Of a stretch of DNA of 64,000 nucleotides, positions 38,532 to 47,585 are shown one piece after another (position 1 is the stretch's first letter; every line of letters begins with the position of its first letter). Made by a program: the position numbers and the translations under genes. The DNA lies in the NCBI GenBank assembly GCA_963764725.1, contig CAVXTM010000009.1, positions 106,867 to 170,866 on the forward strand, written 5' to 3'. The stretch comes from an uncultured Gammaproteobacteria bacterium. Lineage in GTDB: Bacteria; Pseudomonadota; Gammaproteobacteria; JACCXJ01. A model generated the notes under the pieces. The model did no database searches and was not told where the DNA came from. It saw only the letters and a program-made list of their open reading frames with translations.

Positions 38532-40850
38532 TCAGCTCGCGCGGGTTAAGACACGGGGGCGAAAAAAAGAGCGCGGCGCGGTGACCGCACCCGACCAGTT
38601 GCAGCCTACTAAGGCCTCGGCCAAGGGGGCCGCTTCGCCAATGGCAAAGCCCTGCGCGTAGTCGATCCCGATGGCCCTTAGGGTTTCGAGTAGCGACTCG
38701 CTTTCGACACATTCTGCAATCGTCTTGATTCCCATTAGATGGGCAACACGACTGATAGCTTCCACCATTTCGCGATCCACCGGATCGCGCATCACATCGC
38801 GGATGAAGCGACCATCGATCTTGACGTAGTCGACGGGCAGCGTTTTTAGGTAGGCGAACGAGGATAAACCGCTCCCGAAATCGTCCAAGGCAAATCGACA
38901 TCCCTTGGCCTTTAACGTCGATATAAAGTTTAGGGCGCTGGTGAGGTTAGAGATCGCCGCTGTTTCGGTGATCTCAAAACAGATGCGTTCGGACGAGACC
39001 TGCGAGCATGCCAACTCATTGATTACGAAGTCTAAGAACCCCATGTTGCCGACCGACTGCCCGGACAGGTTGATGGAAAAGGTGGACTGCGCGGGACAAC
39101 ATTGGTCGAGTGCCGCCAGCGTCGCACGGACTACCCAGCGGTCTATCGCCAGCATCTGGTGGAAGCGTTCCGCGGCCGGGATGAATACCCCGGGAAGGTA
39201 TTGTTCCCCCGTGTCGTCGCGTAATCGCAACAAGACCTCGCCGTCTATCTGATCCCCTGCCGCGTTCAGAGGAATAATCGGTTGAACGTAGAGTTGAAAT
39301 TGATTTTCGGCTAGGGCGCGATGCAATCGAGGGATCCATTGCATCTCGCTTTGCCGCCGCAAGAGGTCGATGTTTCCAGGCTCGAATACGTGCACTCGAT
39401 CTCGGCCTTGTTCCTTGGCAGCGTAGCAAGCATTGTCAGCGGCGCTTAGCAGATAGGCCGGATCGTCGCAGGCCTCGGTGATCGGCACGACGCCGATACT
39501 TGCGCCAACTCTGAAAAGCTTGGTTCCCCACGAGTATCGGTAGTCTTGGATGTTTTCCCGGAGTTGGTTTGCGATACGTACCGCCTGGTCTAGAGGACAT
39601 TCACCGAGGATCACCCCGAACTCATCGCCGCCCAATCTTGCCAGCGTATCGCGGTCACGCAATTGGCTCTTCAGTAGAGCCGAAAGTTGTCCTAGGAGCT
39701 CATCGCCGGCGCTATGACCACAGGTATCGTTTACTACCTTGAACTGATCGAGGTCTATGTAGCAAAGTGCGTGTTGCCGCCCTTGGTCTTTGGCATGCTT
39801 TTGCATGAGACGTAAGCGGCGCTCGAACTCCCGCCGGTTCGGAAGCCCCGTTAAGGAATCATGCGCAGCTTGGTACGCCGTCTCTTGAGCGACGAGACTG
39901 GCTTCGGTGACGTCGCGCATTATGGCGACCCAATGGTTGATTTCTCCGCTGGGGTCGGGCACGGGATCGATGCGCAAGTTCATGACGAACGTGGAGAGGT
40001 CCTTTCGATAGGCCGTGATTTCGCCAGCAAAGGGTTTGCCGACGCGCAGCTGATCTCGCATTTGCTCTAGGACGGAGCGGTCCGTTTGTGGCCCCGCGAG
40101 CATGAATATGCTGTTGCCTTCGGTTTCCTGCAGGGTATAGCCGGTGGTGCGGGTAAAAGCGGGATTAACATAGACGATCCTGTCGCTCGAATCATCCGCT
40201 GCTACTTGAATGATTATCGTGCTGTCTTCGGTATGCTCGATCGCCGCTTGCAGAAGGCGAAGCGTCCGCTCAGTGCGTTGTCGAACCTCGATATCGTTGC
40301 GGAGCTCGGCATTCACGCGCGCCAGCTCCGCGCTATGTGTGCGTAAATCGCGTTCGCCTTGCCACTTGGCACTTAACGCCACCGCAAACTGATACACCTC
40401 TTGAGAGAAGAACGGTTTTTGGATGAACAAGAGTTTATCGGGGGGCTGCAGGCGCGCGCCTACCACTTGAACATCCACATCGCTATAACCCGTGACCAGC
40501 ACGATGGAGATATACGGATCCAGGGCTCGCATCTGTTCTGCTGCCCAAATACCATCGAGGCCTGGAGGCATTCTTACATCCAGGAACGCTACTGAAAACG
40601 GTTGGTCGGCTATTAAAGCCTCGCGAACCGCGGCGACGGCTTGAGCGCTTTGGGAGCAAAAAGTAACGTCGAAAACGGGTTCAGCGACCGCAACCCTCTC
40701 ACTCCCGAACAGATCGACTTCAAGCTTGCACAGCATTGTCTCCCCAGGCATGCAAGCGCGCGTTGGAGAAAGGGCGTCTCGGTACGCGTCCAGGTTCGAG
40801 GTTTCATCGTCAGCGGCCAAGATACGCACGGGACGGGGATCCGACTTCAT
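38532..40850 (-). CDS. REC-PAS-GGDEF-EAL c-di-GMP enzyme
   Basis: FLDVRMPPG receiver, PAS (YVNPAF), RLGGDEF, EVLLR, DDFGSGLSS. Confidence 0.93.
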   Translation of the reverse strand: MKSDPRPVRILAADDETSNLDAYRDALSPTRACMPGETMLCKLEVDLFGSERVAVAEPVFDVTFCSQSAQAVAAVREALIADQPFSVAFLDVRMPPGLDGIWAAEQMRALDPYISIVLVTGYSDVDVQVVGARLQPPDKLLFIQKPFFSQEVYQFAVALSAKWQGERDLRTHSAELARVNAELRNDIEVRQRTERTLRLLQAAIEHTEDSTIIIQVAADDSSDRIVYVNPAFTRTTGYTLQETEGNSIFMLAGPQTDRSVLEQMRDQLRVGKPFAGEITAYRKDLSTFVMNLRIDPVPDPSGEINHWVAIMRDVTEASLVAQETAYQAAHDSLTGLPNRREFERRLRLMQKHAKDQGRQHALCYIDLDQFKVVNDTCGHSAGDELLGQLSALLKSQLRDRDTLARLGGDEFGVILGECPLDQAVRIANQLRENIQDYRYSWGTKLFRVGASIGVVPITEACDDPAYLLSAADNACYAAKEQGRDRVHVFEPGNIDLLRRQSEMQWIPRLHRALAENQFQLYVQPIIPLNAAGDQIDGEVLLRLRDDTGEQYLPGVFIPAAERFHQMLAIDRWVVRATLAALDQCCPAQSTFSINLSGQSVGNMGFLDFVINELACSQVSSERICFEITETAAISNLTSALNFISTLKAKGCRFALDDFGSGLSSFAYLKTLPVDYVKIDGRFIRDVMRDPVDREMVEAISRVAHLMGIKTIAECVESESLLETLRAIGIDYAQGFAIGEAAPLAEALVGCNWSGAVTAPRSFFRPRVLTRAS

Positions 40851-40976
40851 CGTGGTGTTAAGGCACGCCTCTCAATGTCTAGGAACATTTTAGCCATAAG
40901 GGTGCCGGACGTCGAGGGTCCTCTGCCGCTAGTGAGCCGCTTATTTTGTGGGGCCTGGCATTGGCATACCGATGTT

Positions 40977-41480
40977 TTAAGGGAGCTGAGATTGGCCACA
41001 TAGTTTGCTCGCCAAGCCGACAAACTCGACCGCTAAAAACGGCTTGCTGAAAAACAACAGCTTGGCTGGTGGCGGCACCAGTCCGGCAACGGTATCGAAA
41101 GACTCATCGGAGTAAGCCGTTATGAACACAATGGTTACGTTCCCATCAAGGTTCCGAATACGCTGAGCGGTTCGTACACCATCCATCCCGGGCGGCATTC
41201 GGATATCGAGGAAGATGATCTTGAAAGGACATTGACGCTGGAGGGCCTCTTGTACCGCCTCCAGCGCCTGTTGCCCTTGCGTGCAGGTGACGATGTCAAA
41301 GCTCATGGGATCTTGGCGCGCCGGGCTCAAATTTCCGAAGAGCCCTTGCTCCAGTTCTTCCAATAGCCTGTGCTCGGCGTCGTCCGGGTCCGGCGAAAAG
41401 GCGCGACGAAATGCCTCGAGCACCTCATCGTCATCGTCAGCGACTAGGATCCGGCAACGTTGATCGGCGGTTGCATTCAT
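40977..41480 (-). CDS. Single-domain response regulator
   Basis: LVADDD, FLDIRMPPGMDG, ITAYS, KPF. Confidence 0.9.
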   Translation of the reverse strand: MNATADQRCRILVADDDDEVLEAFRRAFSPDPDDAEHRLLEELEQGLFGNLSPARQDPMSFDIVTCTQGQQALEAVQEALQRQCPFKIIFLDIRMPPGMDGVRTAQRIRNLDGNVTIVFITAYSDESFDTVAGLVPPPAKLLFFSKPFLAVEFVGLASKLCGQSQLP

Positions 41481-41505
41481 AAGCCCAACGTCGATCTAAG
41501 CGCTT

Positions 41506-43455
41506 CTATAACGGGATCAAGATGTGAAAAACCGTCCCTTGCATCGCATTCTCTACAGAGATCTTGCCCCCCATATTGTTGAGCGTATTGGCACACCAGT
41601 GTAGTCCTAGCCCGCCCTTCCCATTGGCTTTTGTCGTAAAACCTCTCTGGAAGATGGTCTGCTGATGCCCAGGCTCGATCCCCGCGCCATTATCGCGAAT
41701 GGTTACGCGGAGCATCGGCTCGGCCCCGTCTTTCTCATGTTCGGCCGTCACCTGAATTATCCCCGCGACTCTCTGCGCACGCCGGATGGCTTCGACCGCA
41801 TTTAGGAGCACGTTGGTTATGACCTGCACTAAGGCGATGCGGCGCGTGGCAATGGTCCCGACAACCTCTACGTTCGGATCGATCTGTATCCAAGGTCGGA
41901 TCGCCGCGTGGTCTGGCAACAGGCTAATAGCTTCGTCGATTATCGCGGCCACGGTTGTCGATTCGATGATCGGATCGCTACGGCTGAGGCGTTCCTGATC
42001 GGTGATGATCCGCTCGATATGTGCCAGGTGCTGTAGAGTTTGGTAGATCTCCTCGATGGCCTGCTGGCGTTGGTGGGCATGTTGTTTCAAGGCGAGCTGG
42101 GCGTACTCGATGAGCTTACGGCGACGATCCTCTGGGATTTCCATGCCTCCTAGCTCCTGGACCGCAGTCGGCAGCCGTAAGCCCGGCGGCTCTCGCAACT
42201 TGCTGATCAGTTGTCCAAGTCGGCTGGTAAGAGGGGTCAGGGCATTACGAATATTATGCAGCACCCCCGCGGCACTGTCGGCGATCCCGGCCTTATACGA
42301 ATGCATGAGAATGGTTCGCTTCGCGATCGCCAACCTATCCTGCATCTGTTTGAACTCGCGCTCGAGCGTCCCCACCTCGTCATGGCGGGCGGTCATTAGG
42401 TGTTTTGTAAGATCCCCGCTTTGGCCGACGTAGAGGACATGTCGCGTTAAGGTCAAGATGGGGGCCAGGATCATGTAGCGCAACAGCAACCATACCACCA
42501 GCACGACCAACGCACTGGCCATTAACAGCGAGAAGAGCGCTGCCCTGATGGTCTGCGCGCCAGCGGCGGTGGCGACTCGCGGTGTATCTACACGTAGCAA
42601 TAACAGCGGCTTCCCGTGAATATCCCGCAACAGGCTAAAGGCGCGCACTACCTGGTCGGTCTCCACGTATTCCACCGTGGCTTTTCCGGCTTTCAATGAC
42701 CTCGCCGTCGCTTTGTAGGGCTCGGGGAGCGCGGCTTCGATGGCAGAATATACGGCTACATTGACCTTGGACCGCTCCTCCAGGGCGGCGATGTGTTTTC
42801 GATCCAGGAATCGGCCGAATACGCATGTTCCGGCTACGGGGCCCTCGTGGTTGGTGGTCAATATGGGGAAGGACGATACCAGCATCGGGCTCCATTCGGT
42901 TCCGAGGAGCCCTTTGATTGAGCTATCGAGCGAGGCATGCGACATCATTAGCGCATTCGGTGGCCCCCCTGCCGGGAATGCCGCCGCCATCGGTATTTCG
43001 CGATTATCCTTCAGAGACGCGAGCCGCCCCCATACTAATCGCTCAGATTGGTCAAAGAACAGCATCATGTTGAGTTCATTGTCCTGCATCCACGAGCCCT
43101 CGAGGTTGGTCGCGACATAGGCTGGATTGGACCCGCTAAGAAACTGGTGGGTCTCGTCCCAGTGGCTCCAATTCAAGTTGATCTTCGCGACCGTCTTGAG
43201 GTCGTCAGCGACCAGCTCCGCAACGCGCGTCATGTTCCTGGCCGCGCTTCCTTGATCGAGTTGCTGGAATACGGGGAACATCACGTAGTTCATGGTGATC
43301 TGTGAGAGGCCAAGATAGACCATGAGTAGCGTCGCCAACACCACGAGCACCTTGGTACGGAGCGAGACCGTGGTGCTCATAACGGAGTCATCGCTCGATG
43401 GGCTATGACCCATCGCAGAGCGAACAGAGGGTTTGCGAAAAATGTGCATAATCAT
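41506..43455 (-). CDS. CHASE4/HAMP sensor histidine kinase
   Basis: TM, NWSHWDETHQF (CHASE4-like), TM, HAMP, AGVLHNIRN, NAVEA, DNGAG, GLGL. The start may be 43413 or 43380. Confidence 0.9.
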   Translation of the reverse strand: MIMHIFRKPSVRSAMGHSPSSDDSVMSTTVSLRTKVLVVLATLLMVYLGLSQITMNYVMFPVFQQLDQGSAARNMTRVAELVADDLKTVAKINLNWSHWDETHQFLSGSNPAYVATNLEGSWMQDNELNMMLFFDQSERLVWGRLASLKDNREIPMAAAFPAGGPPNALMMSHASLDSSIKGLLGTEWSPMLVSSFPILTTNHEGPVAGTCVFGRFLDRKHIAALEERSKVNVAVYSAIEAALPEPYKATARSLKAGKATVEYVETDQVVRAFSLLRDIHGKPLLLLRVDTPRVATAAGAQTIRAALFSLLMASALVVLVVWLLLRYMILAPILTLTRHVLYVGQSGDLTKHLMTARHDEVGTLEREFKQMQDRLAIAKRTILMHSYKAGIADSAAGVLHNIRNALTPLTSRLGQLISKLREPPGLRLPTAVQELGGMEIPEDRRRKLIEYAQLALKQHAHQRQQAIEEIYQTLQHLAHIERIITDQERLSRSDPIIESTTVAAIIDEAISLLPDHAAIRPWIQIDPNVEVVGTIATRRIALVQVITNVLLNAVEAIRRAQRVAGIIQVTAEHEKDGAEPMLRVTIRDNGAGIEPGHQQTIFQRGFTTKANGKGGLGLHWCANTLNNMGGKISVENAMQGTVFHILIPL

Positions 43456-43460
43456 TATGC

Positions 43461-44831
43461 CTAAAATGAAAGGACGATCGCAATTTCGAACAAATGGTAG
43501 GTTTTATTATCCTGAAAAGCCTCCTCGGCGGCCTTTCCAGGAAAGGCCGCACCGTAAAGCGCGCTCACAGTGGCTCGCTCATTGATGGCCCAATCGATAT
43601 AGACGTTTAGCTCGTCAGCGAAATGGCTTGCACTCACCGGTGTCCCGAAATAGTTGTCCGCATCAAGGGAAAAACTATAGAAAATCGCCCCGAATGCGAG
43701 ATCCTCGTGGGGCAGGGTGCTCAGGTGGACCATGTGATTGACCTGATTACTATTGAAAAGCAGCCATTCGCCGGTGATTTCTCCTTGATACCAGGTTCCC
43801 CAGCCACGGCTCCAACCGTAGAACAGCGGATCAAAATCCTCCTCCGCAGTAGCGCCTAGATCGCCCCCGGAGAATTGAGCATAACGGTATCCCAGGGTCG
43901 GCGACCACGGCCAGTCGGCCAACGTGTACTGGGCCTCCGCATACCAGGCCCGTGCATCGATGGCACCGTCGTCGCCGCTGCCCGTCTCCACCGCGTATTC
44001 CGCCCATAAGGATAGATTCGGTGCTTGCGGTAAGCTTAGCTCATTGACGCGCCCGCTCACGAGGTGCATGCCTTCGCGGACGCCAAAATTTAGGGGGGTG
44101 GCGTCGAAGACATGAAGATAGGTAAGTCCGAAGGTTCCATATTCTTCTGAAACGCGCTCAATGTTGATCCCGATCAACTCCGTCAGTTCCTGGTCCGCGT
44201 CGGCCTCGAGGTAGAACACATCGCCGCGCACGGGCTGGGTGTTGATCCTGACGAGGGCTGCGCGCTTATACGAATAGCGCGGTGACAGCCAGGCAGCGCC
44301 CTTGCCCAGCTGATCAAGATCGCCGTCGTAGATTAGGAAACCGTCTCCTATCTTGAACTCCTGGCGACCATACGAGATGTCCAGAACATCGCGGGGCTCC
44401 CCATCGCCGACCAGCCCTGCGGAGCTCCATCCGATGTAGGCTTGCTCCAGGCCGATGTCGTCGTCGCCCCCGTCGGTGAAGCCGCCTGCGTCTCCATCGC
44501 CTATCGTTGCGGTCGCGACCCCGGCCACCCCCGCATACAAGCGACCAAGCCGATCGACCTCATAGTCGGCGCGAAGCACAGGCTTGAGGTAGGCCTCTTG
44601 CCACTCGGCGTCCCCGGTATTTGCACCGCTGCGAAGGTCGATACGGCCGAGCCCGAAATTGGTATCTTGGGTGGTGAAGTACCCAAAAGCAGCCTGCAGG
44701 CCGGCTTGGATCTCAAACCCGCCTTTTTGGAAGACGGAAATTTCGGCCCGTACCAAGGGCGAGAATATCAACGGGATCGCGGCCCAGGCGAGCTGAGCGG
44801 CTTTTTTAGTAGTGTGGCAATGTTCCCGCAT
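43461..44831 (-). CDS. Outer-membrane beta-barrel, alginate export (AlgE)-like family
   Basis: Signal peptide, GRQEFKIGDGFL, FSG..FDPLFYG, alternating beta strands, C-terminal Phe. Confidence 0.75.
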   Translation of the reverse strand: MREHCHTTKKAAQLAWAAIPLIFSPLVRAEISVFQKGGFEIQAGLQAAFGYFTTQDTNFGLGRIDLRSGANTGDAEWQEAYLKPVLRADYEVDRLGRLYAGVAGVATATIGDGDAGGFTDGGDDDIGLEQAYIGWSSAGLVGDGEPRDVLDISYGRQEFKIGDGFLIYDGDLDQLGKGAAWLSPRYSYKRAALVRINTQPVRGDVFYLEADADQELTELIGINIERVSEEYGTFGLTYLHVFDATPLNFGVREGMHLVSGRVNELSLPQAPNLSLWAEYAVETGSGDDGAIDARAWYAEAQYTLADWPWSPTLGYRYAQFSGGDLGATAEEDFDPLFYGWSRGWGTWYQGEITGEWLLFNSNQVNHMVHLSTLPHEDLAFGAIFYSFSLDADNYFGTPVSASHFADELNVYIDWAINERATVSALYGAAFPGKAAEEAFQDNKTYHLFEIAIVLSF

Positions 44832-44964
44832 GGTGCGCGCTAGTGGGCCGCGGCGGCGAGTCACTGGTGGTGGCCGTTATCTGTCCTCGGCGTCGGGAAG
44901 GCAATCCGCCATCGGGGCCGCGTGGATCGCATGCTGTCGTTGATCCTAACGGAGCGTTTGGATA

Positions 44965-45501
44965 CTAGCCGCGCGCGACCTTCTGCAAGGACAAGCCGGA
45001 ATATCGGGCCTTGGCAAAGCTTGCCGCCTCGATCTGTGCATAATGCTCTTCAACGATGAACTGCTGCACGATGCCTCTGGCCAGATATCCCTGTTTAAGT
45101 GTTTCCGAAAGCAGGTGGAAGTCCTCGATCATGCCGCGGCATTGAGCCGCGCCGCACCGACACCGCATGGTCCAGTCTCCTTCACTCATCGTCGTTGAGT
45201 AATCGAAACGGAGCTCTTCGTGCGCGCGGATGTCGCGGAGGGCCACCAAGATGATATCGTTCATCAGACCCGTGTTGGGTTGACAGGAGTGGTTAATGTA
45301 CAACCCCGGTGGCTCTACATCGATATAATGCCTGGATCCGATCTGGACGGTGTTCCCTTGTTTTTCAGCCATAGCACGAACTTGATCGACGGTAATCACA
45401 TAACCCTCGAGAACCAGAATCATCTCGCCGGCACGAATCCGTTTCAACGCGAAAAGCCCCTGGCCGATCTCGCATTCCCTTACATGCACCCTAGTGCTCA
45501 T
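44965..45501 (-). CDS. SET-domain lysine methyltransferase with post-SET Zn motif
   Basis: GQGLFA, YINHSCQPN, EELRFDY, CRCGAAQCRG. Confidence 0.92.
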   Translation of the reverse strand: MSTRVHVRECEIGQGLFALKRIRAGEMILVLEGYVITVDQVRAMAEKQGNTVQIGSRHYIDVEPPGLYINHSCQPNTGLMNDIILVALRDIRAHEELRFDYSTTMSEGDWTMRCRCGAAQCRGMIEDFHLLSETLKQGYLARGIVQQFIVEEHYAQIEAASFAKARYSGLSLQKVARG

Positions 45502-45520
45502 CGTCTAGCCCCATACGTCA

Positions 45521-45859
45521 TCAAAGGAAGCGCCCGAGCAACATCAAGGAGGCAACAGCCATGCCGATCCCTACCACCTCTCCCAGGTCCAGGCTCTCGT
45601 TAAAAAACACGATCCCAAGCAAGGTCAAGAACAGCACGAACGAAACGGAGTACACCACGCTGGCGATTGCTAACTTGATATGCAGAAAGACAAACACCGT
45701 GCCGAAGGCAGTAGAGGCGTAGATGATCAGCCCAACCGCGAACCACATGGTCTTAAAAGGGTCCGGAAGCTCCGCGGCGCGTTTTAAGAAATAATCCCCG
45801 ACTACCGCGGTGAGGCTCAGCAAAATGGTGATGACTATGGCAAGGGCGGGTTTACTCAT
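45521..45859 (-). CDS. Small 4-TM DMT/SMR-like transporter
   Basis: 112 aa, four hydrophobic helices, GDYFLK, LGIVFFNESL...VGI. Confidence 0.8.
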   Translation of the reverse strand: MSKPALAIVITILLSLTAVVGDYFLKRAAELPDPFKTMWFAVGLIIYASTAFGTVFVFLHIKLAIASVVYSVSFVLFLTLLGIVFFNESLDLGEVVGIGMAVASLMLLGRFL

Positions 45860-45931
45860 GGCTACATTGACCGGTTGTTATTAACGGCTTGCAACGTATG
45901 GATGGCTGGCGTATGAGCGAGGAGCGCCGGG

Positions 45932-46759
45932 CTAGCGATTCGGGGCAGAGTCTCCGCACAGGCCCGGGCTCTCGCATGGCGAATGACCCGTAACGACGAT
46001 CTTGCGGTTGCCGTTACCGGCGGTATAAAGTTTAAAGCTGGTCCAGGCCACGTTGTTGGTATAGTCCTTTTCCAAGAACACCCCCGCCGGATTGGCGGTG
46101 CTGACTAGATGGTAGGTTCCATTCGGTACGTCGGTGAGATCGAGGTCTTGGCCTGTTGTCGCGTGGTGGTATTGGTCCACCCAACCCGCCGACACCCCCT
46201 GATAGCCCTCGCTGCAATCCCAGAATTCGCGTTCGGAGGTGGGTGAATTCCCCTCGAGTGCGTACCAGTCGATCAAGCAAAAAGTAACCTTCACCGAGTT
46301 CTCTCCCGCAAGCACCTCCGAGGGGCCACTCTCGGGGTCGAGGGCAGGCGCGCGGATCTCGAACTGGGCGATGTCCCCGATGTGCCAGTGATTATGCGCG
46401 GGATGAAAGGCGTAGTTACTGGCCTCGCACTCTAGGACGACCTGTCCGTCTTGGTCGCGGATCTCTTGAACGGCGTGGGTTTCGTTAAGGGCAAGATCAT
46501 TGACCGGTCGAACGGCCCAGGGACCGGCACCGGTGTTAGCGATCCCATTCGAGAACCGAAGGATATCGCGTTTGTCAGAATGCACTAGCTGAAGGTGCCG
46601 AGGGACCACCGTCCGTATGTCGGGATAAAGCTCGCGGGGCCCGTCCTTTCGCGCTTGCGCGCAATCCATTTCCGCCCCTTCCGCTTGCGCGCAATCCATC
46701 CCCCCCCTCAATGCTGTGGCCAACGCGATGTAAGCCGCTGCTGTCTTAGATGAAATCAT
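45932..46759 (-). CDS. Exported lysyl oxidase family protein (LOX-1)
   Basis: ILRFS, HPAHNHWH Cu site, KVTFCLID (LTQ Lys), QGVSAGWVDQY (LTQ Tyr), EKDYTNN. Confidence 0.85.
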   Translation of the reverse strand: MISSKTAAAYIALATALRGGMDCAQAEGAEMDCAQARKDGPRELYPDIRTVVPRHLQLVHSDKRDILRFSNGIANTGAGPWAVRPVNDLALNETHAVQEIRDQDGQVVLECEASNYAFHPAHNHWHIGDIAQFEIRAPALDPESGPSEVLAGENSVKVTFCLIDWYALEGNSPTSEREFWDCSEGYQGVSAGWVDQYHHATTGQDLDLTDVPNGTYHLVSTANPAGVFLEKDYTNNVAWTSFKLYTAGNGNRKIVVTGHSPCESPGLCGDSAPNR

Positions 46760-46822
46760 GAGCCGTTATCCTCAGTTGCCGTAGTTAAGTTCTTAGCAAT
46801 AGCGGCTGAACTGTCTTCTGAA

Positions 46823-47284
46823 TCATTGAAAAATCCTAACCCGCTGGGAGTCATATTTTTGGCGGATGCCGCCCGGGTGCAGCCCGCCAACACCTGAGCG
46901 GGCGTCAACACTGAGTCGCCGGCTTGCGGAAGGCTTACGGTCCCAGGTGGAGCGGAGTTGATAGGGATGGGCGCCCAGCACTTGCTTCGTAAACCGAATG
47001 TGGAGCGCGTGCCGATCGGGCAAGACGAAAACCGGAACCGGTGTGCCGTCCGGCCACTTGGTCTGGTGCACGAAGAAGGTAGTCCGCTGCTCGCGCCCGA
47101 GAGGCGGGTTAGAATAATTCGAGCCGGCGTAGGGTCTTACGATTGAATCAGCGCTGGCGGGGCCCGCCGGCCAGAGCAGGAGCGGCAGGAGCCCACCCAA
47201 GAGAAAGCGCGCGAGTGCAGCCCGCCGCCCACGCCCCGCGTCGAAGCACGCAACACACTTTGCTCGCAGATAGAAACCGGACAT
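46823..47284 (-). pseudogene. Truncated small periplasmic substrate-binding-like protein
   Basis: Signal-like LLGGLLPLLLWPAGPASA, then WPDGTPVPVFVLPD.H.LH..F.KQVLG..PYQLR..WDR, after which similarity stops. Confidence 0.45.
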
Positions 47285-47482
47285 CTCCCTCCCCTCTCCC
47301 CGCGCGAGAAATAGTGTAGCACAGGGTTCGGTACGTAACAGCCAATCCCGCAATGCTTCGCGCTCCAGATATCAACATCTTCGCGCCCAGCACCTCAACT
47401 CCTATCTCAACTTCCACCGCCCTTGTGACGCGGCCGGCACTGGGGAGTAGAATCACCCCGCCGGACGCTCATGCCCACCCTG

Positions 47483-47501
47483 GGGGCCGTCTGGCCCCTA
47501 C
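47483..47501 (-). repeat. GTAG-type REP-like hairpin
   Basis: Minus strand GTAGGGGCCAGACGGCCCC. Confidence 0.35.
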
Positions 47502-47585
47502 GCGGTCCTAGGCTTGCTCGGGTCCGCAAACGGGGGGTCTAACATCCTCGCTTACGTTCGACGCCTACTCGATAGGGACGTACAG

